A stretch of 49,926 bases of DNA from Candidatus Zixiibacteriota bacterium (GTDB lineage: Bacteria > Zixibacteria > MSB-5A5 > WJJR01): contig JAVHPP010000049.1 of NCBI GenBank assembly GCA_036170655.1, positions 1-49,926 on the forward strand, written 5' to 3'. Position 1 is the first letter of the stretch. Every line of letters starts with the position of its first letter. A program made the translations under genes and the position numbers. Under the pieces are notes generated by a model, which was given only the letters and a program-made list of their open reading frames with translations, was not told the origin of the DNA and searched no databases. Shown here piece by piece: positions 25,096 to 36,576 of the stretch.

Positions 25096-27726
25096 ATGGA
25101 TTCCCCTGTCACTCAACCGGCCGGCCGTCTCGACATCCCGGTAGAAAAACGTCCCTACGGGGTCCTGTTTTTCGTGTTCTCGCTCATTCTGGCGCTGGGC
25201 ACACTCTGGGTGGTGGCCGACGAGGTCATCGTTCGCCGACCCTGGAAAGAATACCAGCGGGAGTACAACCGCACCGAGTACCGGATGATGCAAGCGCGCC
25301 GTGACTCGCTCGTGACGGAATTGGAGCTCAAGGAAAAAGCATCAGGGGACACACAGTCACGGGATGCATTGAAAGCGCAAGTGGAGGACGCCGGCCATAC
25401 TCTCGCACAGAACGCGGATTATCAGGCGAGTCGGGATGACCTCAAGCGCCGCGATTTCGATCTCTTCAAGATCAACCGCCGGTACCAATTCACCAAGAGC
25501 GTTTACGACGAAAAGTTTTACGAGTACACAGAGGCGAAGCACTCTGGCCACGATGTCGCCGAACTGGAGTCCGTGACCAATCGCCTGAAGGGCGAAATGG
25601 ATTCGCTGCTCCCGATCATCAGAACCATGGCGGCAGGACGCGACTCGGTTCAGCATCGCATCGATGAATGGGAGCGGCCGCTTGATTCTCTCGCCGGCGC
25701 TCTGCAGGGGAAGACGCAAGAGATCACCCAACTGGCCGAACGGATGGAGGCGATCAAGGCGCGCCCGTTGAAGATCAAGCAGATCGTCCTGCCCGATTAC
25801 GAACCCAATGAGTTTCGCAACCCGATCATCCGCGTGGAACGCTGCCAGACCTGCCATCTGGGGATCGACAGATCCGAGATGGCCGATGCGCCGCAACCAT
25901 TCACGACGCATCCCAAGCGTGAGGTCTATTTCAAGGCCCATCCGCCCGAGAAATTCGGCTGCACACCCTGTCATGACGGACAGGGCCCGGCATTGACCGT
26001 GGAGAGCGCGCATCGCCCCAGGGAATCCTGGGATCATCCCATGCTGGCCTCCACGATGCTGGAATCGGGTTGCCAGAAATGCCATCCCAACCGTGCATGG
26101 CTCAGTAATGCGGAAGATCTGATGAAAGCGCAGAAAAAACTGCGCCGGATGGGATGCTTTGGCTGTCACGACATCGAAGGGTACAACCAACTGGCCAAGG
26201 TCGCGCCGCCGCTGGATCGTGTCACGACCAAGGTGAGCACGAGTTGGATCTACGACTGGATTAAGAACCCGCGTGCATTCCGTCCCGACACGCGGATGCC
26301 GAATTTCCGCCTTCCGGATTCGGAAGCCGTGTCGATTGTTTCGTATCTGGAATCTGTTTCGAAGGACAAGCCCTCGGAGAACTGGCCTACGACCAGTCTC
26401 ACGGGTGATCCTATCCGGGGCCGCGATCTCACCAAGAGTGTCGGCTGTCTGGGCTGCCATCGTATCGACGCTCTGGCGGGCGAGGCCATCGATCCCGGCA
26501 GGGCCGCCACGATCGATCATGGTCCGAATCTGTCACGTATCGGCAACAAGGTCAGCGCGTCATGGCTCTTTGGGTGGTTGAAAAACCCTCGCGGATACAA
26601 TTCCACAACCCGCATGCCGTCCCTGCGTCTCACCGATCAGGAAGCAGCGGACATGGCATCGTTTCTCGTCACACTGACCGACGCATCGTATCAACCCGTT
26701 CCCCGGCCTGCCGTCGCCCGCAGCCAGGATGATCTGGTCAAGCAGGGTGCGTACTGGATTCGTACCTACGGCTGTTTTGGCTGCCACTCGATTCCCGGCA
26801 TGGAGAAGGAAGGAAAGGTATCGGTCGAGTTGACGACCTTTGGCGCCAAAGACGTGACCGAACTCTTCTTCGGCGATGCAACCGATATCCCCCAGACGTG
26901 GGAGGCGTGGACCAAGGGCAAATTGCAGTACTCCCGCCGTTATGAAACCAGGCAGGTCATTCAGCGTATGCCAGACTTTGCGATGAACGATGAAGACGCT
27001 GCGCTGTTCGCCATGCTGTTGAAATCCTTCGACGGGCGGAAAGTGTACGAGGAATACCGCGAACCGGTGACGGAGAAAAGTCAGCGGCAGGAGGCCGGCC
27101 GGCTCATCGCTGAGCATTACAATTGCACCGGCTGTCATGAATTGGAGGGTCGCGGCGGCGACATCCGTGCGTACATCGAGGACCGCGGCTATCAGCCGCC
27201 TGTGCTCAATGGCGAAGGAGCCAAAGTGCAATCCGATTGGCTCTTCCGGTTCCTCCAACAACCGGAGCCCATCCGTCCGTGGCTCAAGGTTCGGATGCCG
27301 ACATTCAGTCTGACGGGGCCGGAAATCACGACGATCAGTCAATACTTTATGGAGAACAACAACGTCGATGCGCCCTTCCTCTTCATCAAGACCGATGATC
27401 TGGATCCCCTCTCGGTGAAGCTTGGCGATAAGGCCTTCCAGGCGAATCAATGTCTTTCATGTCATGTTCTTACTGAAGAGGCCCTGGCCAAGAAGGGGGC
27501 CTCGAATCTGGCACCCAACCTGGCGATGGCCCACCGCCGCCTCCGTCCCGACTGGATCGTCAACTGGCTGACCGATCCGCAACGCCTCCAGCCGGGCACC
27601 AACATGCCGTCCTATTTCTACTCCGAGGGGCAGCGTCTCTATGACGACGCCGATGTGCAGATTCGCGCCCTGCGCGATTACCTGCTGACTCTGGGGAACA
27701 CAGCAGCGCCGGTGGCGAAGAAATAG
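25096..27726 (+). CDS. Membrane-anchored octaheme cytochrome c
   Basis: Eight CxxCH motifs (CQTCH, CTPCH, CQKCH, CFGCH, CLGCH, CFGCH, CTGCH, CLSCH); N-terminal TM helix followed by a coiled-coil-like segment. Confidence 0.92.
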   Translation: MDSPVTQPAGRLDIPVEKRPYGVLFFVFSLILALGTLWVVADEVIVRRPWKEYQREYNRTEYRMMQARRDSLVTELELKEKASGDTQSRDALKAQVEDAGHTLAQNADYQASRDDLKRRDFDLFKINRRYQFTKSVYDEKFYEYTEAKHSGHDVAELESVTNRLKGEMDSLLPIIRTMAAGRDSVQHRIDEWERPLDSLAGALQGKTQEITQLAERMEAIKARPLKIKQIVLPDYEPNEFRNPIIRVERCQTCHLGIDRSEMADAPQPFTTHPKREVYFKAHPPEKFGCTPCHDGQGPALTVESAHRPRESWDHPMLASTMLESGCQKCHPNRAWLSNAEDLMKAQKKLRRMGCFGCHDIEGYNQLAKVAPPLDRVTTKVSTSWIYDWIKNPRAFRPDTRMPNFRLPDSEAVSIVSYLESVSKDKPSENWPTTSLTGDPIRGRDLTKSVGCLGCHRIDALAGEAIDPGRAATIDHGPNLSRIGNKVSASWLFGWLKNPRGYNSTTRMPSLRLTDQEAADMASFLVTLTDASYQPVPRPAVARSQDDLVKQGAYWIRTYGCFGCHSIPGMEKEGKVSVELTTFGAKDVTELFFGDATDIPQTWEAWTKGKLQYSRRYETRQVIQRMPDFAMNDEDAALFAMLLKSFDGRKVYEEYREPVTEKSQRQEAGRLIAEHYNCTGCHELEGRGGDIRAYIEDRGYQPPVLNGEGAKVQSDWLFRFLQQPEPIRPWLKVRMPTFSLTGPEITTISQYFMENNNVDAPFLFIKTDDLDPLSVKLGDKAFQANQCLSCHVLTEEALAKKGASNLAPNLAMAHRRLRPDWIVNWLTDPQRLQPGTNMPSYFYSEGQRLYDDADVQIRALRDYLLTLGNTAAPVAKK

Positions 27727-27797
27727 CGAACGTGGCGGAGTAGATCCCGCCCTCAGCATTTCCGTTTTCTGATCATCGCCAGAGCGATGTGTCCCGA

Positions 27798-28559
27798 TCA
27801 GTTCTGCGCGTGAGGCAGTTGCATTGAATCGGCGACCAGTCGGTCTTGGTTCATGATCGGGACCACCGGCACAGAATCTACCCCGCCGCACGTCGCCAAG
27901 TCCGCTCCGAAGCCAGCCTGAATCAAGTAGATACCGTGCTGCGACTGCCAGAGCGGCATAACGGGATCGGATTTATACTGATCCCAGAGTATCTGGGCAG
28001 TACGGGCTCCATCATTGGCCAATTCCAATTCAGGATCCAGTTCCCAGAGGCGGGCGATGATCGCGCCGGCGCCAACCGTATCCTCCAGCGAAAATCCGTC
28101 TTCCTTGCCCGCACAGGCGATGATCGTCGGCCGATCAAGCCGTACGATCGTGTGAGCGACCGCTGTCTGGTTCACAAGTCCTCCGACCAGTACGGTTGCG
28201 GTGGAAGGCGCCGAAGTCAGTGCTACCGAGCCGTTTGTTGAGGCGTAGATCAGGCTTCGGCCGGCGACCACGTCGGCAGTATACTCCGTCGGCGAGTTTC
28301 CCAGATCAAAGCCCTCCAGTTTCCGCCCGCCACGTTCTCCGCACAGCAGGGGAGAGGTCAGTTCGCTGCTGTTTTTCAGGGCACGTGCCGCCTGTATATC
28401 GCCGACGGGAATTACGTCCTTTGCACCGTGAGCAAGGGCGGTACAGATGACCGCGGATGCACGGAGCACATCCACGACCACAAAGGTCAACTCCGAATCC
28501 CCGAACAACGAAAGCTCGCGGGACAACGTGCCGGGAACAAGATTGACCGTCAGATGCAC
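27798..28559 (-). CDS. comB: 2-phosphosulfolactate phosphatase family protein
   Basis: VVVDVLRAS, GERGG..L.GFDLGNSP, STNGS, SLEDTVGAG; GTG start at 28559. Confidence 0.88.
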   Translation of the reverse strand: MHLTVNLVPGTLSRELSLFGDSELTFVVVDVLRASAVICTALAHGAKDVIPVGDIQAARALKNSSELTSPLLCGERGGRKLEGFDLGNSPTEYTADVVAGRSLIYASTNGSVALTSAPSTATVLVGGLVNQTAVAHTIVRLDRPTIIACAGKEDGFSLEDTVGAGAIIARLWELDPELELANDGARTAQILWDQYKSDPVMPLWQSQHGIYLIQAGFGADLATCGGVDSVPVVPIMNQDRLVADSMQLPHAQN

Positions 28560-28563
28560 GTGA

Positions 28564-29676
28564 TTACTTGTGGCTGGTGTTCTTGACGAACGGTGTCTTA
28601 ACGATCGTGGCGGCGACGCGATGGCCACGAATCATGATATCGATGCCCTGGCCGGGTTTGGCGAAGCGCGCGGCGACATAGCCCATGCCGATTCCTTGAT
28701 CGAGGCTCGGTGAGTGGGAACCTGAGGTGACCGTACCTGCGAGATTACTATCCACATGAATGTCGCAATGAGAGCGCGGGATTGCCTTGTCATTCATTGT
28801 GAACCCGATCAGCTTGCGGGTCGGGCCCGTCTGCTTGATCGCGATGACATGTTCGTGACCGATGAACTGGACCGGCTTGCCCGGCTTGACCACCCACCCC
28901 AGGCCGGCTTCGATCGGGTTTGTCGTGTCATCGATGTCGTGGCCATATAGGGCAAACTTCATCTCCAGCCGCAGGGTGTCACGCGCGCCCAGCCCCACCG
29001 GGACGATGCCGAACTCAGCGCCGGCTTCCATGGCGGCGTCCCAGCATGCGGGGGCCAGCTCGTTGGGAAGGTACAGCTCGAATCCGTCTTCGCCTGTGTA
29101 TCCGGTCCGCGAGAAAAGCACCTTGTGTCCCGCGACGCGCCCTTCGGCGGCATGGTAGTACTGGACCGCTGACAGATCGAAGTCAGCCAGTTTCGCCATC
29201 ACGGCGACGGCCTTTGGCCCTTGGATCGCGACCAGTGCGGTTTCATCGGAATGGTCTGTCAGCATGACACCGGCCGGGCAGTGTGACTTCAGCCAGTTGA
29301 AGTCCTTCTCGATGTTGGCGGCGTTGACGACCAGCAGGGCCCGATCGGGAAGGTGATAGATCAGCAAATCGTCGACGATCCCCCCGTCGTCATTCAACAT
29401 CAACGTGTATTGTGCCTGATAAGTCTGCAGCGACGAAACGTCGTTCGTGGTCATTCGCTCAAGAAACTCCAGCGTCCCCGGCCCGGAGACTTCGAATTCA
29501 CCCATGTGTGAGAGATCGAAGATGCCCGCCCCAGTTCGCACCGCGCGATGTTCCGCCATGATGCTGGAATACTGGATCGGCATGCGGTATCCCGCAAAAG
29601 GCGCCATGCGTGCGCCCAACGCTTCGTGATGCGTGGTCAGGGGGGTTGTCTTAATGTCTGTCTGTGTGGTTTCCAT
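28564..29676 (-). CDS. gcvT: Glycine cleavage system aminomethyltransferase T
   Basis: FDLSHMG, SRTGYTGEDGFE, GLGARDTLRLE. Confidence 0.96.
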   Translation of the reverse strand: METTQTDIKTTPLTTHHEALGARMAPFAGYRMPIQYSSIMAEHRAVRTGAGIFDLSHMGEFEVSGPGTLEFLERMTTNDVSSLQTYQAQYTLMLNDDGGIVDDLLIYHLPDRALLVVNAANIEKDFNWLKSHCPAGVMLTDHSDETALVAIQGPKAVAVMAKLADFDLSAVQYYHAAEGRVAGHKVLFSRTGYTGEDGFELYLPNELAPACWDAAMEAGAEFGIVPVGLGARDTLRLEMKFALYGHDIDDTTNPIEAGLGWVVKPGKPVQFIGHEHVIAIKQTGPTRKLIGFTMNDKAIPRSHCDIHVDSNLAGTVTSGSHSPSLDQGIGMGYVAARFAKPGQGIDIMIRGHRVAATIVKTPFVKNTSHK

Positions 29677-29712
29677 ACCCGGTTGTGGCTCCTGGAGACT
29701 GATAATCGCCGG

Positions 29713-31641
29713 TCATGCAGCGTGGTTGCGTGTGTAGTTCAAAAGGCCGCCTTCGATCAGAATTGCTCTACTGGCCGAAGACAGCTCGCATTTCAGCGAG
29801 ATGACGAGCCCTTTCGTATTGTTCCGTGCCTTCAGGTTGTTCCCGGCCTTGAGGTCATCGAGAATGTCGTCAATCTCGAGGACATCGCCTTGATTGATCT
29901 GCTCGTAATCAGCGGGATCGGCGAAGGTCAGTGGTGGAATACCGAAATTGATCAGGTTTGCGTAATGGATGCGGGCAAATGTCTTGGCGATGACAGCGCG
30001 CACGCCCAGAAACATCGGCGCCAGCGCCGCATGCTCGCGCGATGATCCCTGCCCATAATTCTCGCCGCCGACGATGATCCCGACGCCTTTCTCCTTTGCG
30101 CGTTTCGCGAACGTCGGGTCAATCCGTTCGAAGACATACTCGGAGATCGCGGGGATGTTCGAGCGTAGCGGCAGCACTTTGGCGCCCGCGGGCATGATAT
30201 GATCAGTTGTGATGTTGTCGCCGACTTTCAGAAGCACCTCGCCCTTGATGCAGCCGGGCAGGGGATTCTGAATTGGCAGCGGTTTGATGTTCGGCCCGCG
30301 CTGGATTTCGACGTTGTGTCCATCCGGCAAGGCCTTGATAATCATGGCATCGTCGATCGGGATCTCCTCGGGCAGCGTGATCTTGGGTTCCGGCCCCAGA
30401 TCGCGCGGATCGGTGACGACACCGGTGAGCGCGCAGGCGGCGCACACCTGTGGCGAGGCAAGGTACACCCGCGCATCGCGGGTCCCGGAACGCCCCTCAA
30501 AGTTCCGGTTGAAGCTGCGAATGGACACTCCGCCCGAAGGCGGCGCCTGTCCCATCCCGATGCACGGACCACACGCGGATTCGATAATGCGCGCGCCCGC
30601 GACGATCATGTCGCTCAGCGCTCCCAACTGCGCGACCATCGCGAGCACCTGCTTGGAACCCGGTGTGACGGTCATACTCACATTAGGGTGAATATGCTTG
30701 CCCTTGAGGATCGCCGCTGTCACCATCAGGTCATATAATGAGGAGTTTGTACACGATCCCACACACACTTGGTCCACTTTCAGTCCCGCGATTTTCCTGA
30801 CTGAGACCACGCTGTCCGGCGAGTGCGGCTGCGCGATCATCGGTTCCAGCGTCGACAGATCGATAGCGATTTCCTCGTCGTACTTCGCGTCGGGGTCAGC
30901 AGAGAGCGCCGTCCACTCGGATGCGCGCTGTTGCATGGCCATGTACCGGCGGGTGTTATCATCGGAGGGGAAAATGGATGTCGTGGCGCCAAGTTCCGCT
31001 CCCATATTGGTGATCGTGGCGCGTTCAGGCACGCTCAGCGTCCCGACTCCTTTTCCTGAGTACTCGAGTACCTTGCCGACGCCACCCTTGACCGTCAGCT
31101 GACGCAGAATCTCCAGAATCACATCCTTGGCGGCGACCCACGCGCCCAGCTTTCCCTTCAGAGTCACGCGGATCACCTTGGGCATGACGAGATGGAAGGG
31201 CCCGCCGCCCATCGCTACGGCGACGTCCAGCCCGCCGGCGCCGATGGCCAGCATGCCCAATCCTCCATTGGTCGGCGTATGCGAGTCCGAGCCCAGAAGT
31301 GTTTTCCCCGGAACACCGAAACGCTCGAGATGGACCTGATGACAGATGCCGTTACCCGGACGCGAGAAATCAATGCCAAACCGCGCGGCAACCGACTGGA
31401 GATAGCGGTGGTCGTCGGCGTTCTCGAATCCCGCCTGGAGCATATTATGGTCCACGTATGACACGGACCGCTCGGTCTTCACACGATCGATGCCGAGCGC
31501 TTCAAATTGCAGATAGGCCATAGTGCCAGTGGCGTCCTGTGTCAACGTCTGATCAATGCGGATGGCGATCGGTTGCCCCGGCTCCGCTTTTCCTTCGACC
31601 AGATGCGATCCGATAATCTTCTGAACGATGTTCTGACCCAT
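29713..31641 (-). CDS. Aconitate hydratase (short ~640 aa type)
   Basis: QDATGT, DHN, GSDSHT, GSCTN, CGPCIG, RNFEGR, TTDHI, NYGQGSSREHAA; GGAGG RBS. Confidence 0.92.
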   Translation of the reverse strand: MGQNIVQKIIGSHLVEGKAEPGQPIAIRIDQTLTQDATGTMAYLQFEALGIDRVKTERSVSYVDHNMLQAGFENADDHRYLQSVAARFGIDFSRPGNGICHQVHLERFGVPGKTLLGSDSHTPTNGGLGMLAIGAGGLDVAVAMGGGPFHLVMPKVIRVTLKGKLGAWVAAKDVILEILRQLTVKGGVGKVLEYSGKGVGTLSVPERATITNMGAELGATTSIFPSDDNTRRYMAMQQRASEWTALSADPDAKYDEEIAIDLSTLEPMIAQPHSPDSVVSVRKIAGLKVDQVCVGSCTNSSLYDLMVTAAILKGKHIHPNVSMTVTPGSKQVLAMVAQLGALSDMIVAGARIIESACGPCIGMGQAPPSGGVSIRSFNRNFEGRSGTRDARVYLASPQVCAACALTGVVTDPRDLGPEPKITLPEEIPIDDAMIIKALPDGHNVEIQRGPNIKPLPIQNPLPGCIKGEVLLKVGDNITTDHIMPAGAKVLPLRSNIPAISEYVFERIDPTFAKRAKEKGVGIIVGGENYGQGSSREHAALAPMFLGVRAVIAKTFARIHYANLINFGIPPLTFADPADYEQINQGDVLEIDDILDDLKAGNNLKARNNTKGLVISLKCELSSASRAILIEGGLLNYTRNHAA

Positions 31642-31672
31642 CCAAACCTCCATCGCGCGGGCGATACTGCAT

Positions 31673-31701
31673 ACAATAAGGGGCGTTTACCAGCGCAGCA
31701 A
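31673..31701 (-). promoter_or_regulatory. Putative sigma70 promoter for aconitase-gcvT-comB
   Basis: TTGCTG-17 nt-TATTGT on the minus strand. Confidence 0.4.
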
Positions 31702-31732
31702 AGGAATTCGGCTCGCCCGTCCAGAGTGTTTG

Positions 31733-34624
31733 TCAATTCTCCTGGTTGGAGGCCGCCGCGACGGTTCTCTGTGGCCGGGGCCGGAGTGCATTTGGATGTG
31801 GTTTGTGATTGAGTTCGTTGCGGAGGAATTGCCCGGTGTAGGATTGTGGATTGTGTGCCACGTCTTCCGGTGTGCCGGCAGCGACAACGGTGCCTCCGCC
31901 TTCGCCGCCCTCAGGGCCGAGGTCGATGATCCAGTCCGCTGTCTTGATGACATCGAGGTTGTGTTCGATAACCACGACCGTGTTGCCGCGATCCACGAGT
32001 TTGTTCAAAACGCCCAGCAACATCTTAATGTCTTCAAAATGCAGACCAGTTGTCGGTTCATCGAGGATATAGAATGTCCGGCCCGTGGCCGCTTTCGAGA
32101 GCTCTGTGGAAAGCTTCACCCGCTGCGCTTCCCCGCCGGACAGGGTTGTTGCCTGCTGACCGAGATGGATGTATCCCAGACCGACATCCGAAAGGGTCAA
32201 AAGTTTCTTATTGATGCGCGGAAAATTGACGAAAAACTCCAGGGCCTCGTCCACGGTCATGTCGAGGACATCCGCGATGCTCTTGCCCTTGAACGTGACT
32301 TCGAGTGTCTCACGGTTGTAGCGCTGCCCCTTGCAGACTTCGCAGGGGACGTACACATCCGGCAGGAAGTGCATCTCGATCTTGATGATCCCGTCGCCTT
32401 CACAGGCCTCGCAGCGTCCGCCTTTGACGTTGAATGAAAACCGTCCCGGTGCATACCCGCGAATCCGTGCTTCTGGGAGTTGCGCAAATAGGTCTCGGAT
32501 AAATGTGAAGACCCCGGTGTACGTCGCTGGATTGGAACGGGGTGTGCGTCCGATCGGCGATTGATCGATGTCGATGACTTTGTCAATAGCCCCCAGTCCA
32601 TCGATGCTGCGGTAGGGCAACGCGGCGCCCTTCGCGCCGTAGAATCGCCCGGCCAGCACACGGTACAGAGTCTCATTGACCAATGTCGATTTCCCTGAGC
32701 CGGAGACGCCGGTGACACAGGTGAAGATTCCCAGCGGAAACTCCACCGAAATGCTCTTCAGATTGTTGCCCGTGGCCCCTGACAGACGCAGCCGTTGTCC
32801 GTTGCCGTGGCGCCGCTTCTGTGGGACCGGAATCGTACGCCGCCCCGACAGATACTGGCCCGTCAGTGACGCCGCCGATCGCCGAATTGCCGACGGCGGA
32901 CCGACGGCCACGACAGTGCCCCCCTGTTTGCCCGCCCCCGGACCCAGATCGATCACGTAATCCGCGGACTCGATGGTTTCCCGGTCGTGTTCGACAACCA
33001 GGACCGTGTTCCCCAAGTCGCGCAGGCCGAAGAGTGTGTTCAACAGCCGGCGATTGTCGCGCTGGTGCAGCCCGATGGAGGGCTCATCGAGGATGTACAA
33101 CACGCCCACCAGCCGCGATCCAATTTGCGACGCCAGACGGATACGTTGCGCCTCACCACCGGACAGTGTCTGAGCCGAACGGTCCAGGGTGAGGTAGTCC
33201 AGCCCGACGTTCACAAGGAATCCGAGACGCTGGTTGATTTCCTTGAGGATCTGGCGGGCGATGTGACGTTCACGTGCGCCAAGCTTCAGTGCGGAAAAGA
33301 AGCGCAATGTCTCCTTAATGGGTAATCCCACGACATCCCGGATCGACTTGCCGTTGACGTGCACCGCCAGCGCTTCCGGTTTCAGACGTGCTCCCTTGCA
33401 GACGGGGCAGGAAATGAAACGCATGAATTGCTCGATCCACTGCCGGACCGAGTTCGACTTCGTCTGACGATACCGCCGTTCGAGATTGGGGATGACTCCC
33501 TCAAACTTGCCGGTGAACTCTCCCTTGCCCTTCCCATCATGATCTTCGTAACGGTAGGTGAATTCCTTGTGTCCCGACCCGTACAAGATCACCTGCTGCG
33601 CTTCCTTGGAGAGGTCGCAAAAGCGTGTCCGGAAATTGAAACTGAAGTGCGTGGCCACCCCCCGCAGCAAGAAGCGGTACCAATTGGCCGGGTCTTCTCC
33701 CCACGGTTCGATCGCGCCCTCGAAGATCGACCGTGTTGGATCGGGAACAATCAGATTGGGGTCAATCTCCATCTTGTTCCCCAACCCGCCGCAGGTCGGG
33801 CACGCGCCAAACGGCGAGTTGAACGAGAACAGACGCGGCGCCGGTTCCTCGAATGACAGACCGCATTCCGGGCAGGCTGATGTCTCCGAAAAGACATGTT
33901 CCTCCCTGCCATCAATCGCGACACGTGCCGCACCGCCGGCAAGTCGTAACGCCGTCTCGAGTGAGTCAGCCAGACGGGACTTGATGGCCGGTCCGGCTAC
34001 GAGACGATCGACCACGGCTTCGATTGTGTGCTTGGTTTTTTTGTTCAGGGGAGTGACCTCATCGACATCGACGATGGCGCCGTCCACGCGCACGCGGACA
34101 AGTCCCTTCTTCTTTACCTGTTCGAAGATGTCACGATGTTCGCCTTTGCGGCCTTCGACCAGTGGCGCCAAGACGACAAAGCGTGTCCGGGGGGGGAGTT
34201 CCATCAAATGGTCTACCATCTGGGAAACCGTCTGACGATGGATTGGCTTCCCGCAACGATAACAATGTGGTGTCCCGACGCGGGCGAAGAGCAAGCGCAG
34301 GTAGTCATAGATCTCGGTGACCGTCCCAACCGTCGATCGTGGGTTCTTTGCCGATGTCCTCTGCTCGATTGAAATGGCCGGAGAGAGACCGTCAATGAAA
34401 TCGACATCCGGTTTCTCCATCAAACCGAGAAATTGGCGAGCGTATGCCGACAGCGATTCGACATACCGGCGCTGCCCCTCGGCGTAGATTGTATCGAATG
34501 CTAGCGAGGACTTCCCTGAACCGGATAACCCCGTGATTACCACCAGCTTGTCGCGCGGGATTTTGAGGTCAATCGAGCGCAGGTTGTGCTCTCGTGCCCC
34601 CTTGATCTGGATGAATCCTGCCAT
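31733..34624 (-). CDS. uvrA: Excinuclease ABC subunit A
   Basis: [21 protein letters not shown], two ABC domains with LSGGEAQR, zinc fingers; ATG at 34624. Confidence 0.98.
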   Translation of the reverse strand: MAGFIQIKGAREHNLRSIDLKIPRDKLVVITGLSGSGKSSLAFDTIYAEGQRRYVESLSAYARQFLGLMEKPDVDFIDGLSPAISIEQRTSAKNPRSTVGTVTEIYDYLRLLFARVGTPHCYRCGKPIHRQTVSQMVDHLMELPPRTRFVVLAPLVEGRKGEHRDIFEQVKKKGLVRVRVDGAIVDVDEVTPLNKKTKHTIEAVVDRLVAGPAIKSRLADSLETALRLAGGAARVAIDGREEHVFSETSACPECGLSFEEPAPRLFSFNSPFGACPTCGGLGNKMEIDPNLIVPDPTRSIFEGAIEPWGEDPANWYRFLLRGVATHFSFNFRTRFCDLSKEAQQVILYGSGHKEFTYRYEDHDGKGKGEFTGKFEGVIPNLERRYRQTKSNSVRQWIEQFMRFISCPVCKGARLKPEALAVHVNGKSIRDVVGLPIKETLRFFSALKLGARERHIARQILKEINQRLGFLVNVGLDYLTLDRSAQTLSGGEAQRIRLASQIGSRLVGVLYILDEPSIGLHQRDNRRLLNTLFGLRDLGNTVLVVEHDRETIESADYVIDLGPGAGKQGGTVVAVGPPSAIRRSAASLTGQYLSGRRTIPVPQKRRHGNGQRLRLSGATGNNLKSISVEFPLGIFTCVTGVSGSGKSTLVNETLYRVLAGRFYGAKGAALPYRSIDGLGAIDKVIDIDQSPIGRTPRSNPATYTGVFTFIRDLFAQLPEARIRGYAPGRFSFNVKGGRCEACEGDGIIKIEMHFLPDVYVPCEVCKGQRYNRETLEVTFKGKSIADVLDMTVDEALEFFVNFPRINKKLLTLSDVGLGYIHLGQQATTLSGGEAQRVKLSTELSKAATGRTFYILDEPTTGLHFEDIKMLLGVLNKLVDRGNTVVVIEHNLDVIKTADWIIDLGPEGGEGGGTVVAAGTPEDVAHNPQSYTGQFLRNELNHKPHPNALRPRPQRTVAAASNQEN

Positions 34625-35037
34625 CTCGCCACCGCGCCGGTAAAAGTTCGGACCAAATATATCAATGTAACAATTCTCGGCTCTCTTGGCAATCATTTGG
34701 GGATTTTTGTCACATACATTTGCGGACTTTAGGGAATACTCCCAGCCGTCATCGGTAGTAATTCCGGTGTTGGGAATGGACGCAGGGAGGGGACGCGATG
34801 GCCGGTGAGAAGATCTCTGCTGGATTGCCTGCTGAAAACGCAATGATCGGGCACCCTTGGGATCGAGTTCCGAGCGAGGGGAAACGCCGCGCCAGAACTC
34901 TGATTCTGGTCTGCATTACGCGTTGCACTGATCGGAACGGGAAAAAGCGTTTGACCCACCGCCAGCCTGCTGCTTAATTGCAGGTCGCTTTTTCAGGCCC
35001 AGGAGGGCCATCCAGTCAAGTTGAGGTGAGACACGGA

Positions 35038-36561
35038 ATGACGATAACAGGGAGAATACCTTTGGAACTGACCAAGCGAACAAAGTCGAGAAGGGCCAAA
35101 GTCTTTATTGCGGCATTGGCGATTGTTGCATCGGTCCCACACCTATCGGACGCAGCCGGATTCGCCACAGCCGGGGCCGGTATCAAGGCCCGTTCGATGG
35201 GGGGCGCCTTCATCGGTCTGGCCAATGACTGGAGCGCGGCTGCCTACAATCCGGCCGGCTTGGCATTCCTCAAATCGAGCGAACTCAATGTCACGGTTGG
35301 GACCTACACCCCGCGACTCGACTACATCCCCGATGTTGCTCCCAAGGGCAATGACATTGGCTTCAAGGATGGAGAAACGCGCTATCCCATCCACGATGTC
35401 TGGGCAATCCCGAGCTTCGCCGGGATCGCGGTCCCCGGCGGCGGCAAAGGCCTGGTTTTCGGCGGCGCCATCTATTTTCCGCAAGATATGAACTACGCGT
35501 GGGATCTATACCGCGCACCATTTGGATACAACACCGATTATCAGTTTGCCCGCCAGAATTTCCGTACTGATCTTGACGTGCTGGATATTCATCCGACGGT
35601 CGCGAAAACTCTTGGATCAAATCTCTCGGTTGGAGCTGGTCTGTCGATCACACGGGGCGACTTGGTGTTTCGCAAAATCCTCTTCTTCGATAGTCCTCTG
35701 ATCGGAGTCAAGGACGATAAGGGGCTCCCCTACGACGCGGAACCATACCATAAGTTCATGGGCGACTTCAGATTGCACGCCAACGGCTATTCTCTCGGCG
35801 CCAATGCCGGTGTTCTCTGGCATCCCGCCGACAACTTGTCGTTCGGCGCCAGTGTCCAGACTCCGATCACCATCTCCCTCGATGGGAATTCGGGACTGGA
35901 CATGGCTTGGCCGACCAACCCGACGTTGGCAAACCCTGTCCAAGAGGTGCAGGTCAACGGGGACACAATTACGCCGGCCATGTTTTTCTCCGGAAACAAC
36001 ACAGTTGGAGTCTCGCTGCCGTCCCATTTTGAAGCTCCCGTGAGGATGGATCTCAAACTCCCCGGCCAGTTGGGCGTCGGAGTCGGATGGACTGCTGTTC
36101 CGCGGCTGACATTGGCGTTCGATGCGGTTGTGACCTTCTGGTCGGCTGTTGACCAATGGAACATTGCCCTCAAAAACGGTGGGATCGATAACCAGATTGA
36201 CAGTCTGAATAACGTGCAGGTCCTGTTTGGCTGGAAGAACTCGGTCCGCGTTTCGGGTGGTGTCGAATACGGCGCGAGGGAGAACCTCCTTCTGCGGGGG
36301 GGGCTCTATTATGAGGGAGGCGTCGCTCCCGATTCCACCCTCGGCCCCAACTTCCCTGACATCGGCGGTAAACTTGCGGTGACCGGCGGTGTGGCCTATA
36401 CCCTGAACGGACACTTGGAATTGTCTGCCGCGCAGGAAATCGGTTTCTATTCAAAGAAGAGCATCAGTAATACGGTCAGGGGAGTGGGGGAGACGGTTTA
36501 CCCGGGGGAATACAAACTCTCTCGGTATGAGACACTTGTCGCGATGACCTACCGGTTCTAA
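35038..36561 (+). CDS. OmpP1/FadL/TodX-family outer-membrane transporter
   Basis: Signal peptide then AAGF...SMGGA...NPAGL hatch motif; amphipathic beta strands; C-terminal YRF. Start uncertain. Confidence 0.88.
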   Translation: MTITGRIPLELTKRTKSRRAKVFIAALAIVASVPHLSDAAGFATAGAGIKARSMGGAFIGLANDWSAAAYNPAGLAFLKSSELNVTVGTYTPRLDYIPDVAPKGNDIGFKDGETRYPIHDVWAIPSFAGIAVPGGGKGLVFGGAIYFPQDMNYAWDLYRAPFGYNTDYQFARQNFRTDLDVLDIHPTVAKTLGSNLSVGAGLSITRGDLVFRKILFFDSPLIGVKDDKGLPYDAEPYHKFMGDFRLHANGYSLGANAGVLWHPADNLSFGASVQTPITISLDGNSGLDMAWPTNPTLANPVQEVQVNGDTITPAMFFSGNNTVGVSLPSHFEAPVRMDLKLPGQLGVGVGWTAVPRLTLAFDAVVTFWSAVDQWNIALKNGGIDNQIDSLNNVQVLFGWKNSVRVSGGVEYGARENLLLRGGLYYEGGVAPDSTLGPNFPDIGGKLAVTGGVAYTLNGHLELSAAQEIGFYSKKSISNTVRGVGETVYPGEYKLSRYETLVAMTYRF

Positions 36562-36576
36562 CATCTTGAGGCGAAA

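Noticed and set aside
34625-34843. N-terminal extension of UvrA, or a LexA box in this region
   Set aside because: Homology starts at [12 protein letters not shown] (34624). The upstream DNA is AT-rich and promoter-like, and I found no convincing SOS-box palindrome of a known type.
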